A stretch of DNA of 44,494 nt. Source: Chiloscyllium plagiosum. Lineage: Eukaryota. The DNA is taken from the NCBI RefSeq assembly GCF_004010195.1, contig NC_057755.1, forward strand, positions 6,548,184-6,592,677, in the 5' to 3' direction. The notes under the pieces were generated by a model. It worked only from the letters and a program-made list of their open reading frames with translations, was not told where the DNA came from and made no database searches. The translations under genes were made by a program, and so were the position numbers. Below are positions 22,807-34,055 of the stretch, piece by piece (position 1 is the stretch's first letter; the number at the start of each line of letters is the position of its first letter).

Positions 22807-24320
22807 TCTCTCTCCCTCCCTCACACGGACTCGCAGGCTCGAAATCAGCCTGGCTTTTGTATACGGACTCTGGCACACTCTGTCTGTCTCGCACACGGGC
22901 TCGCTCGTGCTCGTTCACTCTCAAACACGGGCTCGCTCAAGCTCTCTCTCTCACGCTCTCGTGCTCGCTCGCGCTCGCACACTCGTGTGCACGCTCTCAC
23001 TCATACACACAGACTCGCACGTGTGCTCTCTCTCTCGCACACAGATTGACACACTGTCTGTCTCTCTCTCGCACATGCACTTGCTCAAACTCACATGCTC
23101 TCTTTCTCGCACATGCACTCTCTTGCACACAGACTCACCCGCTCAGTCTCTCTCACGGACTGGCACGCACTCTCAGATTCGCACGTGCTCTCTCTCTCGC
23201 ACACAGACTCGCACTGGCTCTCTCTTGCACACGGACACGCATGTGATCTCTCTTACACACACTGCCTCTCTCACACACAGACTTGCAAGAGCTGTCGCTC
23301 TCACACTGGCACATGCTCTCACTCTTGCACACGGACTGTCACGCTCTCTCTCTCACACACCGACTGTCACACTGTCTCGCACGTGCACTATCACACTGTC
23401 TCTTGCACACGAACTGGCACACGCTCTCTCTCTCGCACACGGACCTGTTTGCTCTGTGTCTCTCTCACACAGACTCACGTACTCTGTCTGACATGCGCGC
23501 TCTCTCAGACTCGCACACAGACTTGCGACCGCTCTCTCTTCCCCCACACGGGCTCGCGCACACTCTCTCCCTCTCACACGGTCTCGGGCACTTGCGCTCT
23601 CTCTCCCTTACAGAGCCACTCGTGCTTTCTTGCTCACGCACACTGGACTCGCATGCTCTCTCTCTCTCTCTCTCGTACAGAGCCGCACACGGTCTCTCGC
23701 TCACGCACTCTGACTCGCCGGCGCGCTCTCTCTCTTGCCCGCGGAATCCACCGCACGCACTCTCTCGCCCGCGGACTCCACTGCGCGTGCTCTCTCTCGC
23801 ACACGGACTGCACCGCTCGCTCTCTCTGGTACTGGTGGAAATGTGTTGCTGGAAAAGCGAAGCAGGTCAGGCAGCATCCAGGGAACAGGAGAATCGACGT
23901 TTCGGGCATAAGCCCTTCTTCAGGAATCACTGGTACTGGGACTCGCACACGGACCCACTCTCTCACATGTGCTCTCTCTCAGACTCGCACGCGCTCGCTC
24001 TTCCCCACATGGGTTCCCACGTGCTCACATGTACTCTCTCTCGCACACGGTCTTGCATGCGCTCTCTCTCTCTCGTACAGAATCACATGCTCTCTCTCTC
24101 TCTCGTGGACAGACCTGCACGCGCTCTCTCTCACACATGGACTCGCATGCACTCTCGCAAACAGAACCGCACGCGCTCTCTCTTGTACAGACTCACACGC
24201 GCTCTCTCGTACATGAACATGAACACACTCTCTTGCACATGGGCCCGCACGCTCTGTCTCTTTCACACAAGGACTACCACGCTCTCTCTCACACACACAC
24301 ACGCTCTCGACCTCTCACCT
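22806..24320. repeat. Degenerate (CT)n/(CA)n-rich low-complexity tract
   Basis: Recurrent 'ctctctctcgcacacggactcgcac' variants. Confidence 0.9.
23836..23929 (-). mobile_element. ~94-bp Penelope-like terminal insertion carrying a hammerhead, 10-bp TSD
   Basis: CTGGTACTGG at 23826-23835 and 23930-23939; core CTGAAGA-A-GGGC(TTAT)GCCC-GAAA-CG-TC at 23923-23896 (-). Confidence 0.85.
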
Positions 24321-24399
24321 CCCCAGGCTGATGCCTTTAAATATCCCTCAATTTCAGACTACCTGTTCCCCTTTCAGAAATACAACATAGCACGAGTTC

Positions 24400-26104
24400 C
24401 CAAGTCGGATATAGATTTTTATTAATGAAAAAAAAGCAGAAAAACAAAAGTTGAATTTTGGTTTAAAAACATAATTAAACTATATTGTGTAAAAGCGAAA
24501 CGTTTCCCCGGTGTCCATGAGACTGCCAGACCGCACCCGGAAAAAACGACAAGGAAAGGGGGAGAAAAGGAAAAGGAACTAAAAAATAGGGAAGAGAATC
24601 ACAGCCCAGCGTGGTCTGTGTGTGCTTGAGGGCATAGCAAATATCGCCCTAGGTTTAACCAATGTCACCTTCACACACACAGCTTAGAGGTTCAAGGATT
24701 CATTACCAGCTAAACCCTACATCTTTCCAACCCTGTCCGAAAGGGATTTAAAAAGGCAACTTGTTAAAATATATTCAAATGACTTTCCATTTCTTACAAA
24801 GTGAGAATTCACATTCCCGATAAGGAATCGGGTGCCTGGCGAGAGAGGAGGGATTGAGTCTGTTGGGGGTGGGGGGTGGGGGAAGGAGCCAAGAAATTCA
24901 AGTGGATTCCACCACACCCCCAACCCCCCAAATGAGGAAGGTTTGTTCTGAAACTCTTGAGGAGCGCAAGGTCTTCGGCACCAAGTTGGCGGACTCCGAG
25001 CCACGTGGGGAGGAGGGCAAACCGAGAGAGTCAAGAGTAGATGGGTTTTGCATGAAGACCGTGTGGGAGTGTGCGCATTAGGGGGTGCGTGTGTATGCGA
25101 GTGTGCGTGAGAGAGAGGGGGAAAGAGAGACAGAGACTGTGGATGTGTGACTGCGTATGAGTGTTTGTGCGCCTGTGAGTGTGCGAGTGCAAGTGATTGC
25201 GAGAGCACGGGACTGAGGGTGACTGTGTGCATGCGTGAATGTGTGACAGTGTGCAACTGAGCGTTGTGCAAAGCAGCCCCAGTATCATCTGTCTCCTGGA
25301 GACATGGGGCCCATCATAGAGCCGTCCCACCAGGCCATCTCCTCCCGCACCAACTCTGCTCCTTCCAGATCTTCCTACCACAGCCTTAACACCAAATAAA
25401 TGCTGCTCAAAGCAGGTCCCTCCCCTCTCCCTCCCCGGTAGGAAAGGGAGCGGGGAAGGGCAGCCCCTTGGTACAGCGGGTATAAAAACCAGGGTAAGTC
25501 TGGGGTGGAAGCTCAATCGCGGTGGGAGGATGCGCTTCACTTCATCCCCCAAAACCTGCTTACCACACCTTCCCCTTCCCCCTCCCTCCCCAGATGAATT
25601 GCATCCACGAGGGAACCTGACAGACCCACAGTCAGACTGTACCACTGTGAGCCCCGGGGGAGGCCATTGGGATGCCAATTCATTGGGAGATGGGGGAATC
25701 TGGGGATAACCTGGGGGACAGAGGGTGTGAGGGGATGGCACAGGGAGATCCCACAGGATGCTCACTCGGTCTCTGCATGCGGAGACCCGCCCGGGATGGG
25801 TGGGGTGGGGGACTCAAAGTAACCGCCTCTCTGCGCCCCTCCCCCTCCTTTTCCTCCCTCCACGTATCCCCCTCACCCACTCCCACAATTCCCTCCCCAC
25901 CCACCCGGGGCCTCAGAACAATAAAGTTGGAATGTTCCGGATGAGAAGCCACTCGTCAGCTCTTGCCCAACTCCCCCGCCCGCCCACGCCCCCCTTTCCC
26001 CACCCCTTTGGCAGTCACCGGCAACCCATGCCCACCCACGAATGGCAATTGGCCGCCGGCTGGCTGATTGGCGTCGACTCCACGGCGTCCTCCCCCTCCC
26101 TGTT
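24400..26104 (-). other. PATL1: PATL1 3'UTR (~1.7 kb, inferred)
   Basis: No recognisable transposon between the stop codon and AATAAA; AU-rich distal part. Confidence 0.65.
24418..24423 (-). terminator. PATL1: Probable PATL1 polyadenylation signal AATAAA
   Basis: tttatt on +, preceded on the transcript by a U-rich tract and followed by GU/U-rich 'gtgctatgttgtatttc'. Confidence 0.7.
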
Positions 26105-26126
26105 CTACCGCGGTTTCCCGGACAAC
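26105..26126 (-). CDS. PATL1: PATL1 terminal coding exon: (Q)LSGKPR*
   Basis: Long polypyrimidine tract + CAG|G TTG TCC GGG AAA CCG CGG TAG; phase fits the preceding exon (CA|G); same length as the human C-terminus as I recall it (QLVQGIR). Confidence 0.8.
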
Positions 26127-26813
26127 CTGCCATGAGGGAGAGGGGAGGAGGGAGTATGGGGGGAGACAGAGAGAGAGACAGACAGAAGAGAAAGAACGTC
26201 AGTGGCACTGATCGAGGCCGGCCACATGTTTTCAGAACAAACACTAGCTGGGGGCGTGAGGTTGTGAGGAGGGCAGGAGGACAGAGAATTTTGTTTTTGC
26301 AATTCACAGTCCCTGAAGGGGGGGGCCATGTGGACCCCCAGCCGGCCGGGAGTGGGCCCGATGGGATTTTTGGGTTCGGGAGCTTGGCACGTATCGGGTT
26401 GGGGCAGGTAGGCTTCATTTGCGGGTGCTCTTTGTTCTGTCAATGCGACGTGGGCAGTTCCGGCTGTGCCCAAAGTTTCCACCCTCCCCCCAGCAGCTGC
26501 CCCGGATCCAAGTGGCTCGCACGGCCATTACGCACAGCACGGAGAGGTCAGCCACTCGGGGTCCACAGTCACACATCCGATCTCCTTCCTGAAAGGGAAT
26601 CGAGGGACGTGGGGACTGGGTTGTAATGGGCAAGGGGATGCCGATCGGCCATCGCTCCAACCAATGGACAAGCAGGGGCCGAACTGCCTGCCCTCACATC
26701 CCGTTTGTCCACCAACGTTTGCCGTGGAGCTTTGGAACACCCCGAGGTGGGGTGTGTGAAAAGCAGCTTCCTCCTCGCTTCCCGGCACTCCGGTCCCCCC
26801 GTCTGATACTCAC

Positions 26814-26963
26814 TGTAATTTTGACTCCAGCAGGCTCAGCGTCTGCCGGTCAACGTAGTGAGAGAACAGCGTCAGGAGATTTGTGGGCACAAACGACGGT
26901 TTGGCCAGCGAGGCCTGCGGCACCTTCAGCAGCACCCGGATCACGGCAAACACCAGTTCTGTC
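26814..26963 (-). CDS. PATL1: PATL1 exon: (W)TELVFAVIRVLLKVPQASLAKPSFVPTNLLTLFSHYVDRQTLSLLESKL(Q)
   Basis: cag|..|GTGAGT, 150 nt, phase 2-2; Pat1 C-terminal domain. Confidence 0.93.
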
Positions 26964-27165
26964 CTGGACAGGAAGGAAAGCGCATTAGAGGAGGGGAGGG
27001 GGTTGAATCAGACTTACGAAAGTCGGGGGGGGGGGGGGGGGGGGGGGCGGCTGATTCAAACAGGTCCACCACCCACCTCCCAATCCCAATCCCTTTCAAA
27101 CACGACCGAGCGCCTGATTCAGGCCACTGCCAGTTCCTTTGCCCCACTGCCACTCTCTCCTTCCC

Positions 27166-28360
27166 ACAGTCACAGAGGATTACAGCATGGCAATAGGCCC
27201 TTCGGCCCAACTTGCCCATGCTATCCAGTTTTCGCAACTAAACTAGCCTGACCTGTCTGCGTTTGGTCACCACTCTGATCTTGACCCCCATATCCTTCTG
27301 TACCTATCCCATCCATGTGTCTAAACCTTTCTTACATGACAACATTGTTCCAACCTCCATCATTACCTCGAGCAGACCGCTCCAGACACTCACCACCCTC
27401 TGCGTGAAACAACTGTCCCTCTGAACCCTTTTCTGACCCTCCCCTCTCACCTTGAACCTATGCCCTCTGGCTTCAGACTCCCCTCAGCCAGGGAGAAGCT
27501 GTCCGCTATCTACCTTACCAATGCCTCTCACGATTTCATAGACCTCTAATAACAGGGTCACCCCCTCAGAGTCTCCTGTGCTTCAGGGAACAGAGCCCCA
27601 GACTATCCAGCTTCTCCTTCTAACACAAACCTTCCAGTCCAGGTCGCACCCTCGTACAGGTACACATTCCTTTACCTGAAATTCCGAAATCCGAATTTTT
27701 TTTCAAGGAGTGCAAACACGACCCACCACCACACTCACTCGAACCACGTCACTCAGATGTGACGTGACGGCGTGGCCCAGCACCGACAGGTGTCAATTGT
27801 GCCTCAGTGCTCATACTATTTATCCGCGCGCCTGCTGTGAGGAAATTATTATTTTTTTAATTCCTCTGTGAAAACATCATTTATTCTGAACTCCCGAAGA
27901 ACTGCTGGCCCCAAGGATTTCGGATAAAGGTTTGCATACCTGTAAATCTTTTCTGCACTCTTTCCAGTTTAATAACAGCCATCCTACAGCAGGGTGAACA
28001 GGATGTTATGCAGTGCTCCAAATGTGGCCTGACCAATGTCTTCGGCAGCCGTGACACGACGTTCCCAACTCAACGCTCTGACTGATGAAAGCAAGTATGC
28101 CGGAAGCCTTCTTCACCACCCTGCCTGCCTGCGACACCACTTCCATGCAGCTGTGAACCCGTACCTTTCGGTCTCTGTGTTCTATAATACTTCTTGAGGC
28201 CCTCGTGTTGACTGCATAAATCCTGCCCTGGTTTGACCCACCTAAATGCAGCACCTTGCATTTATCCAAATTCAACTCCATCTGTCTTTCCTGAGCCCAC
28301 TAGCCCAGTTGACTGAGATCTCACTACATTTCCAGATAACCTCCTTTACTGTCCACTATA
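27166..28360 (-). mobile_element. CR1 LINE 3' fragment in a PATL1 intron
   Basis: 'MELNLDKCKVLHLG..VVKKASGILAFISQ' and CR1 3'UTR. Confidence 0.85.
27657..27942. mobile_element. Tc1/mariner (pogo/Tigger-like) MITE
   Basis: ~26-bp imperfect TIRs (caggtacacattcctttacctgaaat / atttcggataaaggtttgcatacctg), TA at 27655-56 and 27943-44; removal restores CR1 'ctcgtaaatcttttctgc'. Confidence 0.88.
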
Positions 28361-28439
28361 CCATTCCATAATATTCCAATTCCTGGCTTGGTTGCCCTGG
28401 AGCCACATGTCCACTGTGACAATTGCATCATAGCTGTTT

Positions 28440-28595
28440 ATGGACGGCCCTCGATTATCCGGCATTCGGTCATCCAAATTTCGGATTATCCGAACAAGGT
28501 CCTGATGCTTGGCTAAACCACGTCATCCGGCATTTGATTAACGGAACGAAACACTCGCTGCCTGTGTCGTTTGGATAATCGAGGTTCCTCTTGTA
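28440..28595. mobile_element. Tigger-like MITE remnant
   Basis: 'cctcgattatcc' ... 'ggataatcgagg' inverted ends; same family as 40204-40347. Confidence 0.7.
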
Positions 28596-28749
28596 CATCC
28601 AGTACAGCCATCAATTCACCTTCTCACAGTGCTGCCCGTAGTCAGACTGAGTGCTTTTAGTTCTGCCTCCTTGTTTTGACCCTGGGTGATTCGAGGATTT
28701 GTGTCTGCTGCTCTCCAGTCTGCTTTTCCCAGAAGCAGATTTGCATGCC

Positions 28750-29153
28750 ATTCATACTTGAGTAATAGTTGAATTTTTATGACTACTTTTTACGGTTAAA
28801 TTTATGGGGTCAACTATTTTTGAGGGGCTGAAATTGGTGCCCGTCTAAATTCATACTGTGTCATTAGCAGAAGCCTAACTCATCTCTAAATGAATAATAA
28901 AACAAATAAATTATGGTAACTCTGAAAACCCGGAGCTGAAGACAACAGCTAGAGGACTGGGAGCAGGGCGGAAGAACCGGCAGACTGGAATACTGGAGCG
29001 CAACATGACAGCTGTGCTGACGCATACACGTGCGTCTGTTATCTGTGAAGAACGAGGGTTGAGTTTTACACGAGATGTCTGGGAAATTCCAGGTCATTTG
29101 GCCAAAAATAGAGGGTCGATTTTGACATGAGATCAACTATTACTCAAATATAT
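28750..29153. mobile_element. Non-autonomous DNA transposon remnant
   Basis: Inverted ends 'ttgagtaatagttga' (~28758) / 'tcaactattactcaa' (~29133). Confidence 0.6.
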
Positions 29154-29343
29154 ACAACACCAGGTTATGATCCAACAGGTACATGTGGATGCACTAGCTT
29201 TCGGAGTGCTTCTGCTTCAACCACCTGATGGAGGAGCAGCGCTCCGAAAGCTAGTGCTTCCAAATAAACCTGTTGGGTTATAACCTGGTGTTGTGGGATT
29301 TTTGACTTTGTCCCCCCCAGTCCAATGCTGGCACCTCCAAATC
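29154..29343 (+). mobile_element. Penelope-like terminus with inverted partial duplicate and hammerhead motif
   Basis: CAC-CTGATG(G)A-GGAGC(AGC)GCTCC-GAAA-GC-TA|GTG at 29222-29256; 29154-29210 is an inverted copy of ~29238-29294. Confidence 0.8.
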
Positions 29344-29536
29344 TCAAGTACACAGGATATTCTCCCCTTGGCATCGCGTTCCGTGACATGAATTTAAGAG
29401 CTGGGACACGACACTCTAGGAAGATGGGTGTGACAGCTCCCCGCCAACCCCGGCACGCCGAGACCGCAGCGCAGTCTGGGACGGGAACCGAACCCCTGGC
29501 TGGGTGGGGGCAGGCAATGAAATCCAACGCACTCAC

Positions 29537-29628
29537 CACCGGTTGTCCTGCATGAGTTCGCTCGACGCCTCTGAGCTCTGCAGCCTCTCCCCTTGGCTCA
29601 GGATCATGTAGAACAAGGTCAGGCCGAA
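29537..29628 (-). CDS. PATL1: PATL1 exon: FGLTLFYMILSQGERLQSSEASSELMQDNR(W)
   Basis: cag|..TG|GTGAGT, 92 nt, phase 0-2. Confidence 0.92.
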
Positions 29629-29699
29629 CTGCCGAAACAATTCACAATCGTTCAGACAGGAAACACAGCCCGCGGTCACGTTCCGGCACTCTGAGCACC

Positions 29700-30030
29700 T
29701 CAGCGAGGTGACGGTCAAGCGGTACTCTCACTGGGCTGTTCACTTAGAGACCCAGGGGCCACATCACGGCACACAGCGCAATTTAAATTTAACTTTTAAA
29801 AAATTAAAATGTGGGATTAAGAGTCTCATGATGACCACGGGTCCTTTGCTACAAAATCCCACCAGGCCCTTCAGGGTGGGAAGCTGCCGTCAGTATCTGG
29901 TCTGACCTTCACGTGACTCCAGACCCACAGCAATGTGGTGGGCTCTTAACGGCCCTCTGGGGCAATTAGGGATGGGCAATAATAGCTGGGCCAGCTAGTG
30001 ACGCCCATGTCATGCGGATGAACAAAACTA
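29700..30030 (+). mobile_element. Old SINE with LINE-derived tail
   Basis: 'gtgactccagacccacagcaatgtgg..gggcaattagggatgggcaataa'; related copies at ~42780-43070 and ~43440-43570. Confidence 0.6.
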
Positions 30031-30315
30031 AACAGCCGATGGAATCCTTCAACGTTACCACTGCAGTAACTGACGGCCTGCTACTTAACAAAAAGATTTA
30101 AAGCAGCCAGGTGATCCTCCCACCATGAACCAGGTTAGAGGGAGGCTGAGTGACCAACACTGGCCACGGCACTGCCAATAATGCCCCGACACCTGTCCCC
30201 AGGAGTGGGATATTCCCATCCCTCTGATACAGCAGATCCTTCCTCGGCTTGCCGCCCCTTCACGAACAGACTCCGTCACACGGGATTCACAGACCGGTCG
30301 CCCGCCGACAGAGAG

Positions 30316-30700
30316 CTCCCTTTCACACTGACCCCCTGACGGGGCAGACCCTCCCTCACGTACTGACCCCCTGACGGGGCAGACCCTCCCTCACGTACTG
30401 ACCCCCCAATGGGGCAGACCCTCCCTCACATATTGAACTCTGACTCTGTCGCCCCTCGCTCCAGCCCCTACACACTCTCCCTATCTCTAACTGCCTCCGG
30501 CCCTTATACCCTCTCCCTACCTCCATCACCCCATCCAGCCCCTACACTCCTTCCCTATCTCTGTAACCCCCTCCAGACCCTGTAACCCCTTCCCTACCTC
30601 TGTAACCTCCTCCAGCCTTTGCAACCCTCTGGGATATGTACCTCCAGCCCCTACATCCCCTTCCTAGCTCCGTCACCCCCTCCCTATGCCTTACACCCCC
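30316..30700. repeat. 35-bp tandem repeat (~3.5 copies, to ~30445) followed by a degenerate C-rich minisatellite
   Basis: 'ctccctcacgtactgaccccctgacggggcagacc' at 30351, 30386, 30421; then 'ctccagcccctaca..ctccctatctctgtaacc' variants. Confidence 0.8.
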
Positions 30701-30856
30701 GCGCAGCCTGTCAGATTGTGCCCGTTCCCCATTCTTGTGCCTGTTTACCCCTCCCTCCTCCTCCCCCAATCCGTTTCCGATCAGTGCCAGGTATACCCAC
30801 GCAGCCCCATAGCCACCTGGCACCGCTCCTCCACACCCCTTGCCCGGTGCCGGTAC

Positions 30857-31000
30857 CTTGTTCTGCAGGATGGTGGGGAAGTGGTTCCCGGGTTGTCCGG
30901 ACGGAGTGGATCCTGTCAGCTGCTGGAGCAGCTCAGTCAGGGCGCTGGACGGGAGCCGGCTGACCAGGATGGAGCAGGCCTCAGTCAGACAGGGTAGCAC
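30857..31000 (-). CDS. PATL1: PATL1 exon: VLPCLTEACSILVSRLPSSALTELLQQLTGSTPSGQPGNHFPTILQNK
   Basis: ctccag|..AAG|GTACCG, 144 nt, phase 0-0. Confidence 0.92.
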
Positions 31001-31804
31001 CTGGAGGCAAAGCAAGGCAGCAGCTTGACAGGACGGGGGAGGGCAGGCAGCACAAAGCCTCCCTCAGGCACATGTCGCTGAGATCCGAGATCCAACCCCC
31101 AACCCCCACCCCGCTCTCTCAAACCCGCCACACCCACCTCCGCCCCACCCCCAGCCTAATCCCAGGGCTCTGGGAGTGCAATCCATTGCAAGCCCTCTTT
31201 GCTTAAAGTGAAACACAAGCTGGGGGTGGGAAATGCGAGGTTAAGTGGGTGGTGTGGGGTTGGTGATAGCACACTGCACTCACAGGCTGACTTGACATTA
31301 ACTGAACATGGAACACAGAGGCCATTCCGTCCTCTCCCCCCCCCTGTTCGATACGATCATCCAGCACCGTCTTTTCGTCCCCACGTCGCAGGTCCACCTC
31401 CTGCGCGAAAGCGGACAACCTTCCTGGCCTCAACCCTTCTCCGAGGCACAGAGTTGCCGGGGAAGCCATTTCTCCACATTGCCATCCTCAACGGCCAAGC
31501 CCGGGCCCTTTAACGGTCAGCCCCTGGCTCGCAATGCACGGGACCACCCTTGCAGCGTTGGAACTTATGTGACGCCTTGCAAATCCGATCTTTTAATCTC
31601 TGCTGAATATACGTCATGTCTCGCCCCCCCCCCCCACCCCCCGACACCAAGGGGTACGCTCCTCAGGCCGACCCTTGACCCCTCACCACACCGCCGTCCC
31701 GAGGCGGAGCACCATCGGACACTACAGACTGTTAACCTCACCTCCGGACACGGCAGCCGCACCCTCCCCTACCCCCCACCACCCCCAGGGGGGCGGTCAC
31801 TCAC

Positions 31805-31964
31805 CTCATCCTGGCTGTCCTTCTTGACCAGGTACGGGAGGTTGCGGGCAGTGGCCAACACCACATTGGCAGCCTGCTCCGTGCTCAGGAACAGGAGGAC
31901 CTTGGCAGCCAGGCGCTTGCCCTTACGGATGCACATGACCTGCACAAAATGGTCGTCNNNGGGC
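31805..31964 (-). CDS. PATL1: PATL1 exon: (R)PxDDHFVQVMCIRKGKRLAAKVLLFLSTEQAANVVLATARNLPYLVKKDSQDE
   Basis: Conserved CIRKGK motif; donor GAG|GTGAGT; 160 nt, phase 2-0; acceptor reads CGG next to NNN and a homopolymer. Confidence 0.9.
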
Positions 31965-32130
31965 CCGGGGGGGGGGGGGGGGGGGGGAAGGCACAGGGAG
32001 CAGGTTACAGCAGGACTATAAACAACAACACCCCCTCACAATGCCTCAGTGCCTTCCCACCCCCCTCCCCCCATCCCTCCCCAGTGAACCCACCGCCCAC
32101 GCTCTTGCGCAGACACAGGCAGAGGCCCAC

Positions 32131-32282
32131 CTGTCGGAGCTGGGAGGCTGCTTCCCTCGCAAGTTCTCGTACATCAGCGCGATCTTGGCCTTACGGTGTT
32201 CCAGCACGGCAGGTCGCTCCTCCTCACTCACCTGCAGGAACTTCTTCTCCAAGTCCTGCACCTCCAGCACCAAGCTGTACGT
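32131..32282 (-). CDS. PATL1: PATL1 exon: TYSLVLEVQDLEKKFLQVSEEERPAVLEHRKAKIALMYENLRGKQPPSSD(R)
   Basis: ttcag|..AG|GTGGGC, 152 nt, phase 0-2. Confidence 0.93.
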
Positions 32283-32330
32283 CTGAAGGGAGACAGGTCG
32301 GATCAAAACAGGGAGACGCAGGGAGTGATT

Positions 32331-33500
32331 GAGAGAGAGAGGAGACAGACAGAGAGAGAGAGGAGACAGACAGAGAGAGAGAGGAGACAGACAGAGAGAG
32401 AGAGGAGACAGACAGAGAGAGAGAGGAGACAGACAGAGAGAGAGAGGAGACAGACAGAGAGAGAGAGGAGACAGACAGAGAGAGAGAGGAGACAGACAGA
32501 GAGAGAGAGGAGACAGACAGAGAGAGAGAGACGACAGACAGAGAGAGAGAGACGACAGACAGAGAGAGAGAGACGACAGACAGAGAGAGAGAGACGACAG
32601 ACAGAGAGAGAGAGACGACAGACAGAGAGAGAGAGACGACAGACAGAGAGAGAGAGACGACAGACAGAGAGAGAGAGACGACAGACAGAGAGAGAGAGAC
32701 GACAGACAGAGAGAGAGAGACGACAGACAGAGAGAGAGAGACGACAGACAGAGAGAGAGAGACGACAGACAGAGAGAGAGAGACGACAGACAGAGAGAGA
32801 GAGACGACAGACAGAGAGAGAGAGACGACAGACAGAGAGAGAGAGACGACAGACAGAGAGAGAGAGACGACAGACAGAGAGAGAGAGACGACAGACAGAG
32901 AGAGAGAGACGACAGACAGAGAGAGAGAGACGACAGACAGAGAGAGAGAGACGACAGACAGAGAGAGAGAGACGACAGACAGAGAGAGAGAGACGACAGA
33001 CAGAGAGAGAGAGACGACAGACAGAGAGAGAGAGACGACAGACAGAGAGAGAGAGACGACAGACAGAGAGAGAGAGACGACAGACAGAGAGAGAGAGACG
33101 ACAGACAGAGAGAGAGAGACGACAGACAGAGAGAGAGAGACGACAGACAGAGAGAGAGAGACGACAGACAGAGAGAGAGAGACGACAGACAGAGAGAGAG
33201 AGACGACAGACAGAGAGAGAGAGACGACAGACAGAGAGAGAGAGACGACAGACAGAGAGAGAGAGACGACAGACAGAGAGAGAGAGACGACAGACAGAGA
33301 GAGACAGACAGACAGAGAGAGACAGACAGAGAGCGAGAGAGAGGAGACAGAAAGTGAGAGAGGGGAGACAGACAGACAGTCAGACAGAGACAGTCAGAGA
33401 GACAGACAGAGAGAGGAGACAGAGAGAGGGGAGACAGAGATAGGGAGGAGACAGAGAGGTAGAGAGGAGAGACAGAGAGATAGAGAGGAGAGATAGAGAG

Positions 33501-33548
<48 letters not shown>
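32331..33548. repeat. 21-bp GA-rich minisatellite (~46 units) decaying into (GA)n
   Basis: Period 21; units with 'gagga' up to ~32520, then units with 'gacga'. Confidence 0.95.
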
Positions 33549-33549
<1 letters not shown>

Positions 33550-33995
33550 TCATGTCACAGGGGGTAAGCAAGACCTACACCAGGCTCCCTTATTATGGAT
33601 CAACAGTACCATGCGCCGTGCACAGAGCAGCTTGGGAAAGGGATGGGGGTGTGACGGAGTAGGCGAGAAGGTGGTGAATGGAATGCCACTCACACAAGGT
33701 GCTTGAGGGGTTGACCGAGCAGGAGATGGGGGGCGGGGGGGGGGTTGGGGGGGAGTTCACTGATGGACAAGGTGAGAAAGCTGGATTTACCCATGAGAAG
33801 AGATCCCGTAGTTGAGTGACAGGGAGGCAGCTGGATGAACATCAGTCAAGATATCATCAGTAATATGGGCGGGGGGAGGAAGGGTGCAAGAGACACGGTG
33901 GGAGGCATCAAGTACTGACTCTGGCACGCATGGCATTGATGCCAGTCCCAAAGGCCCACCCAAACCAGATGTCCACTGGGTGGGAGAGCACTTAC

Positions 33996-34055
33996 CCGCT
34001 CGATGGTGAAGAGAGTCTGCCGCCTCTTATCCCTGACTTGCTTCTCTTTTGTCTC
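33996..34055 (-). CDS. PATL1: PATL1 exon: ETKEKQVRDKRRQTLFTIER
   Basis: ttttag|..CGG|GTAAGT, 60 nt, phase 0-0; absent from the ORF track. Confidence 0.93.

Noticed and set aside
22730..24425. Several 250-380-aa Ser/Leu/His/Thr-rich ORFs
   Set aside because: Low-complexity CT/CA repeat lacking stops in several frames
24717..26788. Overlapping ORFs in the PATL1 last intron and 3'UTR
   Set aside because: GC-rich non-coding sequence; only 26105-26126 fits the spliced PATL1 frame
32196..33443. ERERRQT / RERDDRQ repeat ORFs resembling coiled-coil proteins
   Set aside because: A T-free minisatellite cannot contain stops; antisense within a PATL1 intron
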